A stretch of DNA of 64,000 nt. Origin: Raillietiella orientalis. Lineage: Eukaryota. The position numbers and the translations under genes are program-made. The stretch is from NCBI GenBank assembly GCA_036172245.1, contig JAYWIR010000026.1, forward strand, positions 2,108,001 to 2,172,000. Direction: 5' to 3'. The notes under the pieces were generated by a model. The model saw nothing but the letters and a program-made list of their open reading frames with translations, did no database searches and was not told where the DNA came from. Shown here in pieces: positions 38,901 to 50,949 of the stretch. Position 1 is the stretch's first letter. Every line of letters begins with the position of its first letter.

Positions 38901-41689
38901 CTTTGCGAGCTCTTCGTTAGCGGAAGGGGTAGTCACAACCACCGAACGCGCCTCTCGGTTCCCGTAGTTTCCAGTCCTTGTCCGCAAGACTCCGATTCAG
39001 CCGCAACTAGCAATATGAGAGTGGTCCAGGGAAATCGAGGGGGGGAAATGAGTGGGGAGAGGCAGAGGAACTGACGATCCCTGGGGGCTCCTCAAGGAGG
39101 AGGGGGACAAGGAAGAAGGACGGAGATTTCTTTAAGAGAAATCCTTCCTCATCCTGGAAAAGGGGAGGAGAAGGATTTCCTAATTTCCCCATAACCCCCC
39201 CTCCCCATCCTTCTCTCCGAGGAGGAAGGATAGCCAAAACTCTCTAGGTCTCTGTCACGCCTAAGCCGTTGCAGTCTCTTCCCGCCCTCACCTTTCTTCA
39301 AGGGGCGCTCTCAATTCCCTTCATCGACGAACACGCGCGCTCAGAGAGGACCGTCCTTCGGTCTCGGCAAGTAATCCCCTTTAGGCTGCTTGCTTCCTGG
39401 CGTTCCAAAAAGGCTAGCAAAGCAGTGGAAGAAGGAGCAGAAGAAAAAATGCCCTCTCTTGGGGAACAGAACAGCCAGCCTCCCTGCTAGTCAAGCGTTC
39501 GGGCGGGCCTCGCCACGAGAATCGGCGGCAGCAGCAAAATGGTCTGCATCGGAAAATTGCGTCAAACGCGGGCAAAATGGCCGGCTGAGCCCAGACTTCA
39601 GACGCGGGCCAGGAAAACTGGGAACGAGCGCGCTAGAGAGAGGTATCAGCCTCCCAAGCCCGCTACACATATGCAGGCAACTTCTGTTTCTGTGTTCCGA
39701 AGAGTCCCAAACCAGAAGTGGTCCCGTGTGCGGGACGGTCCATCTGCTAAGCACACGAATCCTCAGAAATTCATCCAGCTGATCTTACATGCTGCGGTTT
39801 CCCCTTCGCCCGATTCCCACGCTGTATGAGCCTACGTTCGGTGGCCAACGCTGCGCCACTCGAGAGACGTTTCACAAACGCGAGGGCACCCTGTGGTGGC
39901 GACCCGCAAAGCGGCTATCAGCTTTGCGAGCAAACTCCTAACCCTTCATGCATTCATGGATCTATTCGTTCATGGTCTCGTGCTTGGAGTGTCGTGAAAC
40001 GAACACCTCAGCGAGGAAGAAGAAAGGTCACGAAATTTGTTTTGCACTGCTCTTGCCTTCTGACAGCTTGAAATGTAGGCGTGATCTAACCATTTGAGCA
40101 CCACAGTAAACGTCCTCTGCTGACTCTCACCACGTGCGACAGCGAAAGTGAAAAAGACGAGAACAGCTGGTCACCCCCCACCGTAAGAACCATCGGTCGC
40201 AGGAGGCAGCCGCAGGCCGGCCGGCAACATCCTCAACCCTCGCGACACCATGCTGGCATGAGGATACCCCGCATGGGGCGAGACCGATCAGCAGTAACCA
40301 CGACTACGGGGGCATCTCTTCTCACGACTACGGAAAGAACGGATGGGAAACAACAGCTTCGAACGCGGAACGGCAAGCAGTTTGCAAAGAGGCAGAGGAG
40401 GATGGAAGAGGTTCCCCTTCCCCTCCCCCCCACTTTCGGAAGGTAATTCAAAACCCTTTTTGATGCTTGGAAAGTCCAATTCAGAAGAAAAAAAAAAAAA
40501 AAACTGCGCTCAATTCCAATCAGCCCATTCGCTGTATTCACTGACTCAAAACAAAGGGAAGACAAAGATGCAACGTGCTGCATCCGCAGTAAAAAAAGAA
40601 AAAAGAACGGAACATTTCCACGTTATTTGATACTTAGTTTCAGAAATTCAAAACATCAGTAAACAAGCCATGTTTTTTGTACTTACTAATTGACAGTATT
40701 GTGATGGTATATGGCAAGATCATTTCGGTTGCTAAGCAAAATCAGTAGTAATTATTACAAGGCTGATCTTGTCCGATGATAGATGAAGAGGTGCGAAAAT
40801 CTTTGCTTGATCAAAACTTCAAAACAACTGTGGAATACGTAAACTAGAATCCGAGGTTCCCATCTTCAAGAAATATGCTTCAATGATATCGTAAGCTGGC
40901 TTGTCCATTAAGCAGCTCTACTGAATAAAGTTTTACAACAAGGCATAAATTCCTTTGGATGCCGCAGAGAAGCCTGGCAGGACTGGATTGGCAGAGAAAT
41001 TGTGGTAGCACCGCATTTATTATGCATATCATCCCGAAATTACTATTTGCCTGTGGTTTCACGTCCGCCGAAAGTCTTATGGGCCAACTTCTGACGTGGT
41101 GGTATGTGTTTTGATTCGCACGTGCGCTGCTGCTTCCCTCTTCTCTTGCAGCCCAAGAGCAAGTAAGTACTCTGCGGATGGAATTTATAGGTTCATGAAA
41201 TTCCTGCTAATAGGGCTGCGTTCTGCTTCCAGGATGGCCCTGCTTACGCATGCAGCACAGGATAAAAAGCACTCAAAGGGAAAGCGGGTTTCCGACGTTG
41301 GACCGACAGTTCCTTCTACCCATTCCCGTTGAGTGACGGTACACTCGTGGGCTGCAGCGCTTTGCTTCTATGCATTTGCTTGCCTTTTCAACACATTCGG
41401 TTGCGCACTTTTCACGTCGCCATCGTATTTACGTTTAGAAAGCAATGCGATTCCGTCAAAGATGCTTTGAAACGGCGCATTCTCTACATGCAGCCTGCAT
41501 CTCGCCTTGATGTCTCGTCGTCCGAGTGCTCAAACACTTATGAAATGGGAAACCCGAAGCGGATACCCCGTGCTCTTGAACACGGTCCAAACAAGCGCCA
41601 AGATTCCTCATTGATTCACTGAAAGCCGTTGATCCGAAGGCGAACTTCGTACTGAAACAGGATTACTTTTCCCTTGCCGCCTTGGCAAC

Positions 41690-41860
41690 CGAACGAGCGC
41701 GTGGAAGCGGCTCGTTCCTCGATGCTGATCAGTATGTGATTGAGGACATCTCAAACCCATCAATTCTTAATGGAATGGTGACGCCTCCCTCGTTTTTTAG
41801 TCATCTTGAAGACTTAGTAGCCGTGTCCGCTAACGAGCACATTCCAATCCTTTCTCTTGT
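41690..41860 (-). mobile_element. Possible decayed LINE endonuclease fragment
   Basis: GY*VFK followed by GGVTIPLR in a shifted frame resembles GY..FR.DR...GGGV.IY. Confidence 0.25.
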
Positions 41861-44544
41861 AGTTCAATGAATCCTCATTTCTTCTTTTTCCTTTTTCAAT
41901 TCAAAATCTGATTAAGAACGACTCTGCTGGTCTTGCTTAGGGTGAAGACGAGCGAGCTTTCGATAACCATCCGGATGTCGATGAATGACGTTTCGACGTC
42001 CCACCCAGGCTGCTTTCTTGGTGGGTTACTCCAACAGGAGGAGACCGAGCTTTGATTAACTGACACGTCGACCGCACAGGCACAGGAGAATGCCTTCAGA
42101 ACCAATCCAGGTGTGCCGAAGTCACAGTGCCCTTGGGATCCCGGGGGACCTCTGCAGCTAAAAGCACCTTGATAAAGCACGTGGACGCCACGGTGCTTCG
42201 TTGGCGAGCGTGCTGACCACATGTTCCGGTCGGTGCGAAGCGAATGAGATATGAGGGCAATGAAAAACAAAATGAAAATTCCAAATCAAATCAAATGGAC
42301 ACCGAACGACTTCGGTGCACCCCCTCACAGCGGTTTCGGCTTGGAGAGAACCTCTCACGCCACAGTCGCGTAATTGCCAACTCGATTTTCGTTTTCACGC
42401 ACGTGTCAGCATCATGTGTCCGATTTCTCCTGACGTGAAGCCTAGAGAGCTAAGCACGCAGGTTTTCGAAAGCGATGGTGATGAGGAACATGGCAGCAAC
42501 CTCTCACATGAGACTGAAACCTACACCGAGAACTCTTAGGCGAAACAAGAACCCAATCTCCGCAACACGGAGAGCACGGAGTACCAGCTGCAAACCTTCA
42601 AATCGAATTGCACTGTACTTCCGTGGAGATGAGTACATTTTAGCAAAAAGTGTCATGTTTGCGGGAAATGCACGCGCTCCTGTGGAACGTACGCGCCCAC
42701 TCTGCATCCACTGCCTCTGTACCTTCCCTGCTTGTTTTCGCCTTGTTGTTTTTCCCTGCAATTTGCGATACATATAAAAAAGGCACACTGAAACTCCTAT
42801 TGGCAGTTTTCAGCTGGCAACGATGGCGTCTCCGCTTCCGCCCCCGTCCGAGCTGTCAGCCCTTGCTCCAATGCTTTTGCCCTCGGGAGGCCCATTGAGT
42901 TCATTTCAGAGATCGCTTTTCGGAGCGAGCAATTGGACCTGGCAACCCTGCTGGAAAGTCAGACCAGCACAGTACTTCGCCGACCCAGTCGCGAGGAGTC
43001 GCCCGATCGTTCCCAGGGCCGTTTGACGTGCGCTCTGATATACCCTCGCGCGGGAGGTGAAGCTGAGCTGCAGGGTCGGATATTCCTGATCCCTCTTCCC
43101 GACCAGGAGGTGGCTGCCGCGGACACACCTCGACTGTCTCGACCGTGCCCGTTGCCTCATTTACGTGGAGCCTTGAAAGAGCTCGAAGAATCGCCCTGCT
43201 TTTCGTCGGGTCGGCATTTCTCAGTCGTGGACTGCTCGGCCAAAGGGACTGTGCAGCCTCCTCATGGAGTAGTATGTGTTGCTGCTTGCAGAAAAGACGC
43301 CACCCTTTTGGCTGTGGGTCGTGAGTCCGGTTGAGTGCGGTCTCAACTCAGCACGCGGCGCGACGCATGCTGCGAATCCTGGGTGGAAGGGGGTTCGCCA
43401 GGGAGTCCCAGGACGAGACCGTGGGGGACGTTCTATTTCGAGACTGCGGAGGGCGTGGGCAGGGCAGACCTTCCTCCGTCCTTGCCGCTTGGCGCTGCTC
43501 GGCCTTCTGGAACTCTTTCTGGTGGCTGGAAAGCGGCGACGGGTAAGGTGCAGAAACACAACAGCAGTGGGTACCCGGACGGAGTGCGGAACTGCCTTTC
43601 TTGGCCTGCTGTCGTGTGGCCTGCACTCGTTCCTTCGATGCGGCTGCAGCCGTGGGATTTCCTCCCGATCTTCTGATCCTTTTCACTTCTCTCTCCCCTC
43701 CTCTTCCCTTCCTCCATTCCCTTCTTGCCTTCTCCAGAAATGGACTCTTTCCAGGGAGTAGCAATCGGACGCAGCCCCCTCTGTCAGCCACCAATGCACG
43801 GAAAGACTACCAACCTAGAAACCCAACAAGAAACGGTGTGGATCGATAAGTTGATTGCCCTCGTGCAAAAAAAATTAAAAAAAATTGAAGCGATCCTGTC
43901 GCCCACAGAGAACTTAGTGCCCACGAAGAACTCGACACGCAGGTGGCATGACCAGCTTTCTTCATCAGGGTGCCCATGCAATGCCTGCTGCGGCTCCGAT
44001 GGCTGCGATTTCTGCGCGCCCTTACCGCCCCTTCGCCAGCTCCCGGATCGTCATGATTCAACTTCACCCTCGTACCTTCACCCCTTCCCCCTGTACACCC
44101 AACCAACCAAGATGCAGAAGATGCGCTGCGCCCGTTCCACGGAAAATGGAAGTTGGTCCGCATCGCAGGCTTCGGCCCAGAGTCCACTTCGCCTCCACGC
44201 GAAGAGGATGCACGAAAATCGCTGAGCACCAGGGAAAGTCACTCCCCATTGGGAAAAACGCGTGCCGCACATGCGGTCGCACCAGCAGCAGCCCCTACAC
44301 CCCGGTGCTCATCGGTCGCTTGTATCTCTCACCAAACGCATCTGCGACTGGTGGAAGCTGCAACGTTTTCGACCGCCACCACCCGCACCTTCCAGCAAAC
44401 TTTCCAACGTCCTGGGAACGCATCTGTTGTAGCCCCTCCCCTCCCTCCCCGACCCGAGACTCTTTTTGGGGGTTCTCAGAGTGCTGAAGAACCGTCAGTG
44501 CGTCTGGTGGCCCTCGCAGCTCTTCAACGCTGTTCCACATCACC

Positions 44545-45060
44545 CGGGAGTGCGTAAGGTTCTTCGAAACAGGGGATACGCCGGGGGGGGGGGTCATCCT
44601 ATGGATCCAGAAAAGGAATCCGTTCCCCTCATGACGGGAGGGGAACGGACCGAAGGGAATCGCCTTCCTCGTTCTCTCCGGAGGAATCTTCCTAAGGGGG
44701 CAATTCTTCGTTTCCTCTCCGGAAGGACCCCCGGAAAGGATCCGCTCCCTGTTTTCTCCCTCCTCCTCTGAGGAGAACTCCGAAGGGAAGGGGGGGAGGG
44801 TTCGCTCCTTTGTACAGCCGGAGGGGAACTCCCACTCCTTGATTCCGTTTCCTGGAAGGATCTGAAAGTCGACTCAATCTCGGCCACCCATCGGGGACAT
44901 CCGGTTTTCAAAAGCTTCTACCAGTATCGCACCCGAAGACGGGTCGACCAGTGTTATCTTGCGGGAGGAACTCGAACCCACAGAGCACCTATTCATTTCT
45001 CTGGAGTTGATGCTTCCCCGGTCGGGATTCGAACCCGCGACGCTCTGTGCAACACGAACT
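44545..45060 (-). mobile_element. tRNA-derived SINE-like copy, 5'-clipped, with internal deletion
   Basis: Reverse complement contains GCGGGTTCGAATCCCGA (45022-45038) followed by sequence colinear with ~13512-13790 and ~13905-14190. Confidence 0.8.
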
Positions 45061-45575
45061 CCGTTCCTCTCACGGAACCCTGAAGGGAGCCAACTCTTCC
45101 TCATTCTCTCCAGAGGGACCCCCCAGAAGGAACCGATTTTCGTTTCTCCTCCGAAGGGAACCAGGAAAACATCCACTTCTGAATTTCTTCTTCGAAAGGA
45201 GACCGCAAGGCAACCGCTCCTGGTTTCCTCCTCCTCCGAAGAGAATAATGAAGGAACGCTCCCCAATTTCCCTGAGGGACGCTCCCGAGCAGCGTGCTTC
45301 TGCACACTCCGGAGAGGCATCATTAATTTACGAGCTCCATGATACGCGATGGAGGGTCTTTCTCCGAAGGGGAGAGGACGGCTCCATTTGCACAACAGGA
45401 GGGGAACCTCTAAGGGAACCGTCTCCTTGGTTACTCCTGGAAGGACTCTGGAGGTTCGAATTCCAATCATGGTCACTCGACGGGGGAATCCGAGGGTTTC
45501 CGACTTCCTTCCACTGCCGCGCTCGACGTCTACAGACCAACCAACGTCATCTTGAAGAGGGGACTGTTCGGCCCC
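45060..45575 (-). mobile_element. SINE-like body copy fused head-to-tail to the 44545-45060 copy
   Basis: Reverse complement is colinear with ~13595-14105, e.g. AGTCCCCTCTTCAAGATGACGTTGG, TCCTTCCAGGA, TTGTGCAAATGG, CCTCTCCGGAGTGTG, AGAGGAACGGA. Confidence 0.85.
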
Positions 45576-45899
45576 TTCCAAAGAGGCAGGTCTCACCTGC
45601 CGGAACGGTCCGTGGTGTGGAACACCTTCGTGGCTCGCCTCCGTCCCTTGCTTTTTGTTTGCTTCCGCCATGCAGCATTAGGAAGCGAACGAAGAACCTC
45701 TTTCGGCCCTCGTGGAAAAATTATGGAGCACCACCTGGTGCCAACCTGCACGTCTTCTCGTCCAGAGAGCCACCGGCAGCGTGGAACGTACTTCCTTGCG
45801 CGCCGTCCACGTAGTCTCATATACTGTGGACTGCACCTGCGGAATGTGGTCACGCTGACCAGAAAAAAACGGATGGATCTCTTGCCTCCCCGCTAACGG

Positions 45900-46702
45900 T
45901 GGTGCCTGGTTGCAGGAAACCGTTCGCACGTGGGCTCATGGACTTTTACACTAGGGAGTGCTGCTGGGTATTCCGGAGGAAGTCCTGCAGTGACCCCTGG
46001 TGCTCATGAATACCCGCACCCATCCCCCTCCTTAAATTGGCAGGAGTCGGCATTGATGCTGCTGCACTGGGACGCCCGCCGGCATCATTGGATACGGGAG
46101 GGAAGGGTGGACCCGAACTGTGCAAGGTGCGAGGAGCGGGAATCCCTCCCGCGTCTCCTAGTGGACTGTGTTGCCCTCCGACCCCTTTGGGGACGCTTCG
46201 CCTGCCGCAACCGTTGGAACCCCCTGCGGCAACGCCAGTGACGTTTGGAAGAGCCCCTTCCTGCGCGACGCCATCACGCCGGGCCCATCCCTCCCTAGCA
46301 GCAGCGGTATCGTGGCTGCATGCAGCAACTCCAGAGGAGGGAGGGAAGAACGACAGGACGCCATCCATTTTGCTGTTCTCTTCATGAGGACAGCGTCAAG
46401 GTGGCCCCATCTATGAAACACAAAACAGGAACTTGCCGGCATCCCTACAAGGATGCAGTGGACTCCAGCCAGCACACAGTGATCCCTTCCCGGACCCCCC
46501 TCCCTTTTTTTGACTGTATTTTATGTTTTTTTTTCTTTTTGTTTGTCTCCCCTTCTCCTGTGCTGTCGAGGCGAACCCTGCTGGCCTGCATGCCAGATCC
46601 CGGGAGGTTCCTTCTCGAAGCTATAAGTAACGTGACAGGATCAACGTCCTGCCGCATTCGTTTATTTTTTATAAATAAACGCTCCCGCGTGACCGGGTGT
46701 CA
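45900..46702 (+). mobile_element. Decayed L1/Tx1-like 3' end (zf-RVT, C-terminus, 3' UTR)
   Basis: DPNCARCEERESLPRLLVDCVALRPLW (zf-RVT-like), then REERQDAIHFAVLFMRTASRWPHL, which is homologous to the peptide encoded within 51611-51880. Shares its terminal motif with 51965-51996. Confidence 0.7.
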
Positions 46703-46871
46703 ACCAGTGCCACACCCAAAGCCTACAGGCCAATCAGTGTTATCTTGTGGAAAGAAATCGAAACCCACGACACACACCCCATCTCTCGGCATTCCCAGGA
46801 GGGGGATCGAACGCGCGACGCCTGGTGCCATATGCCGAGGCCTCAGCCACGCGGCCGCCAGCGCGAGCATC
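46703..46871 (-). mobile_element. SINE-like 5' fragment (tRNA head plus start of body)
   Basis: Reverse complement matches 13481-13538 at 43 of 58 positions ungapped (hand count) and stays colinear to about 13650 (..GTGTGGCACTGG). Confidence 0.85.
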
Positions 46872-46874
46872 CTG

Positions 46875-48580
46875 ACTGATCTACATCGCAAACTTGCATG
46901 CACATAACCACCAATCTTCACCAAGAAGCAATTCCGGGGGTCTATCGAGGAACGTAAATTCTTATCCGCCGACCAAATTGGGCACCATTTCCGCCACGAC
47001 CTCCAGTCCTCAGATGAGATGCTTTTAACGTCACGCGTGGGCGACCTCCAGCAAGAGCTCACAAAGGTCCAAAGACAAGGGAGACCTGCCTAGGAGCACG
47101 CGAACGCAACAAAAACGCCAATTGTAACCGAAACATCGGGCCACCTTCATCCTCGGCGGGAGAGCCGCTGTCCACGTAAGCAGACATCCCCTCCTTGCGC
47201 GCCCTGCTGCGTTTCCCGGAAACCGGAATCTGCACCGCAAAATTCGCAAGAAAGCCGGTTGCATCGCCTGTTCTGACGGGAGAACAGAGGAGAATGGACC
47301 AGGCCGCCCGCTATGCAGCAGGGATATGCCCGAGCTCTCCACACAACTCCCGACCTTCAGTGTGGTCACACAGAGGCGCAAAGCTCCAGGACCTTGCGGG
47401 ACGGCAAGCTGCGCTGAGGAGACACTCTTTTCCTCCCCTCCCCAATCACCCTCCACCACATGATACCCTCCACGCCCAGCTCACTGACAAAGACGGAACC
47501 GGCAGTTGAGAAGTGATCAGAACCCTGGCTCCGCCCTGCACTCCAGATGCCCCAGCAGATCTACAGCTTCTTTGGCTGCTGTCTTTGGGGCTGCATCCGA
47601 CGGCACCTGAGGGACGCCGACTGCCCCTCCCAAAGAGACGACCGGGAACTCAGCGAGCAGGAGAAGCTGGACCGCCACCCGACCGTTGGCCACCGCAGAC
47701 GTCAGCGATGAGGTCCCGGACACAAGCAGCCGAAGAAGAAAAGCGACACACGCACAATTCCTCAGGAAGGTCAAGGATCTGAATGTTGGGGAGGCGGAGA
47801 AACTCTCGGAAGCAGGAGTCAGGCTGGCACGCACCTTCCCAGGATTCTGGGTTGCCTTAGCAATGAGCCTGCCTCGGAAGGGCTTCCGCTGTAGAGGGTA
47901 ACTTGGTGCTCGGAGGAGGCACCTCCGGACCGCTGTGAACCCAGTCGGGTAGCAGCTTCGTTGCAGAAAGCGCGTCCAGAGTCAAAGAAGGGAAGGGATA
48001 CAGCGGGCGACCTACCTGAATCTCCCAGGAAGTTCGGCAGAAGTCCTGCCTGTCCATCGGGAACCCTTGCGGATTTCTCAAAAGTACAGCATCCTTTGGC
48101 CTTGATAATACATTGGGTCTTACCCAGGAACGATCCCTGCAGTCTACGTATCTCTGGGGAAAATAGGTCCCCACTTCAAAAGATGCAGGAGAAGAAAAAC
48201 TCAACCAGCTTCTCTTGGAAGGCTAGGATATTCAACACGAGTGGCGACGAGTGGCACACAGCCAGTCCCTCCCGGATTAGGCCCCTAGGACCTGTTCAGT
48301 CGGTTCTCCGGACGAAGAGAACTAACCAATGCAGAGCACGTCGCTGTCGTCTGTTTTGCGCGTGCGACCGTGGTGGTTCTCTGGGCGCTCCCTGGAATTC
48401 CAAAATATCCACAAAGACGCTCTCGAAACGTACAAGGAACTGTTTTGCACAGCCTCCAGATGGAAATACCTGGAAACGGGAGATCGCGAAGGGCTGGCGG
48501 CATCACTTGCAGGACATCAGGCGCGGTAAACCCGATGACTCTCCCTTCCCTACCCCAATAAAGACCACTGTGTCGCTGTG
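46875..48580 (+). mobile_element. Decayed L1/Tx1-like ORF2 (endonuclease to RT)
   Basis: YIANLHAHN (INIYAPN), ARTFPGFWVALAMSLPRKG (LP..W..A.I.LIPKKG) and ADFSKVQH (AFD.V.H), in order. Confidence 0.5.
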
Positions 48581-49899
48581 ACAACGCATTCTCCCCTCCT
48601 CTAGATTATAAAGTTATTGTACGCTTATTTATTCCCGGTGCAACCAGGTGAAGATCCGAACCTTGCAAGTCTCATTTTGCACGCATACAAGAACCAGTTC
48701 GCAGACTCAAGTCGCTTCTTGGTCCCAGTGAGATCGAAAGGTAATCTCTCTTCTTATCCACGATAAGTAAATCTTTGTGTGTAAAGCATGCTCATCACCA
48801 GAACAAGACATTAAAGGATGGCAGCCTGGACCCCTCCAATACGTAGGACAGTCCCACCGACCCTACGACATCTGGCATCTAGACCGTAACCGAGCAGCAG
48901 GAAAGTCGACCTTCTGCATTGGCGATCCTTCCTTAGGAGACTGCATGGTGTCATTCCTCGTTCCAGAAGATTTTCCAGTGATCCAGAAGGTTGCCTTGGT
49001 ATTGGTAACCGTCAATGCAACGTTAAGCGTAGAATCTCGAACTGGTTTTCAGGGATTCCAAGGTTCCTTTATCCAAAGCACAGTGCATGCTGCATGACAA
49101 GCATAAAACGATCGGGCAGAGCTCCAGAAAGACGAACCAGAACTCACTATGGTTTTCCCCAGGTCCGACAAGCGGTGAGATGAATTCATCTGCAGAATTT
49201 ATTAAAAGATTTGAAAAAAAAAAAAAAAACACATTCGATGCTCCCATCTACATTCTCTTAAGTTCTGCATTCGGTGCACTTTGTTTGTCACACTTTTCAG
49301 GTTTTTGTGCTTTTCACTGGTGACTACTGGGTATCTCTCGCACTTTTATCCTTTTTAGGATGTTCCGGAATATCGAGGCGGGGACGTTTCCGTAGTTCGT
49401 AATGACGATCAGGAATGGATTCCACACAGGGAAACTTCGGTAGACCGTACGATGCGGTTTCCTAGAACAACTCGAAAAGGCGTCCTCGATGACAAGTACA
49501 AGGTGAGGGGTTTGAAAATGGGGAGCGACAGTCCGGCAGAAGTCCTCGCTGTGTTTCGCCCCAAACCGGGAGGCTTCAAGTCGCCCTCTCCCCGTGCACT
49601 TTTAGATGGCACTGTTGGCCGCCATGCCGATCGTGCACGATGACGTCACGCCACGAGACCGGACTTAAGGCGGGTCGGTTTCACGCCGCTGCCTCTACAC
49701 CACGGACCGATCAAGCCCTTCTCCACGAATTTGTATTTTCCGATTAAAAACCGAACTGCAGCGAACCAAGCACCGACCTTTGGAGGCAAACAACAAAAAC
49801 CGCACCGTGCACAAGAAGCCCTTGGCTCACGATACCCCCCTCCTCCCCCCGAAGAACAGTCACTGGTTGCACCCTTAGTATAATGGGTGAGCAGCGCTC

Positions 49900-50250
49900 C
49901 TAGAGGCATTGGAGCAGAACCAGCAGTCACTCGCATCAGGGCTCACCCTGGTGTACCTAATGCGTTCAGTGAGGCGTGATACCACCTGGATAGAAGAGGA
50001 TATCGCGCGCACCATTCGTAAACCGCAGCAGCGCAGAAGTGGCTCGCAACGCGGCAACCCCGTCCCTTCCTTCATCCTCAGTTCATTTATAATCTCTTCT
50101 CCCCTCTTCTCCCCCGCTCCAGAACTCAAGAGAAGATCTTCGGGAAACCTGCACCCGAAGCCGACCCGAGTGCTGGTGTTTCCCATTCGCATAGGTGACT
50201 GGGAGCCCTGAGTAGAACAGCATGCGCTGGGGATGGACATGTGGTTCGAC
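49900..50250 (-). mobile_element. Decayed L1-like RT fragment
   Basis: GFGCRFPEDLLL, MKEGTGLPRCEPLL (RG.RQGCPLSPLL) and LFYPGGI (LYADDI-like). Confidence 0.4.
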
Positions 50251-50949
50251 TTGGACTGGTTCCTACGATGCAGGTTTGTTTGCTTTTTTTTGCTCAAGGA
50301 ATAAACACCCGAAGCAAACTTTTTTTGCGTGTGTTTTCACACCGGGTGTGTGCTAGGCCACTCGACTAAAATCCAAGTTTCAGCACTCAAAGGTCAGCCA
50401 TCGGCTGACAAGAAACGAAAGGGTTCAATCCGCACTGGGTATGTAGGCAGGAGGAGGGAGTGTAAGGCGAGAAGGAATGACCAACGAAATAAATAGAGAT
50501 GGGGTGGAACAGGTCTCACAGAGGTGGACAAGGTCCTTGAGGGTCTACGCTTTTCGTCCAATTACTCCAAGAGTTTATTTGCGAACTTACTGTTGCCGTA
50601 GCAACGTGCCCAGGGTCGAACGAGGATGGGCGTTCTGTTCGACTTGGACTCGGTCCGGCGTACAAAGAGACTCTCTGTCTCTCTCCGTGGCACGAAGATA
50701 GCCTGGAGGAGGAGAAACAAGAGGGGGGGGGGGCGAGGGGAAAGAAGGCTCCTCTCCTTGCTGGGGGAGCCCCGATGAGCGACGCCTTGATGTCGCGGAT
50801 GCAGCGGCGCAGGTGCGGTTCCGCGAAATTCCGCCTCCACGCTCCTTCAGCGGCTGTCGCGCGTGGGTCTTCGGTGCGCGAAGAGAGCTCCCCCGTCAGT
50901 TGGATACGGAAAGGGACACTGCCTCCATTCCTTCTGGAGGGTTGAGGGA

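Noticed and set aside
45015..45085. Minus-strand tRNA gene
   Set aside because: Only the B-box/T-arm is present; the 5' half is replaced by the tail of another SINE copy.
45847..45860. GGTCACGCTG as a left terminal inverted repeat matching the conserved LINE terminus
   Set aside because: Only about 10 nt match, and there is no counterpart upstream of the second copy.
50390..50435. Hairpin GTCAGCC-ATC-GGCTGAC plus B-box-like GGTTCAATCC
   Set aside because: No cloverleaf, A-box or second copy; consistent with chance.
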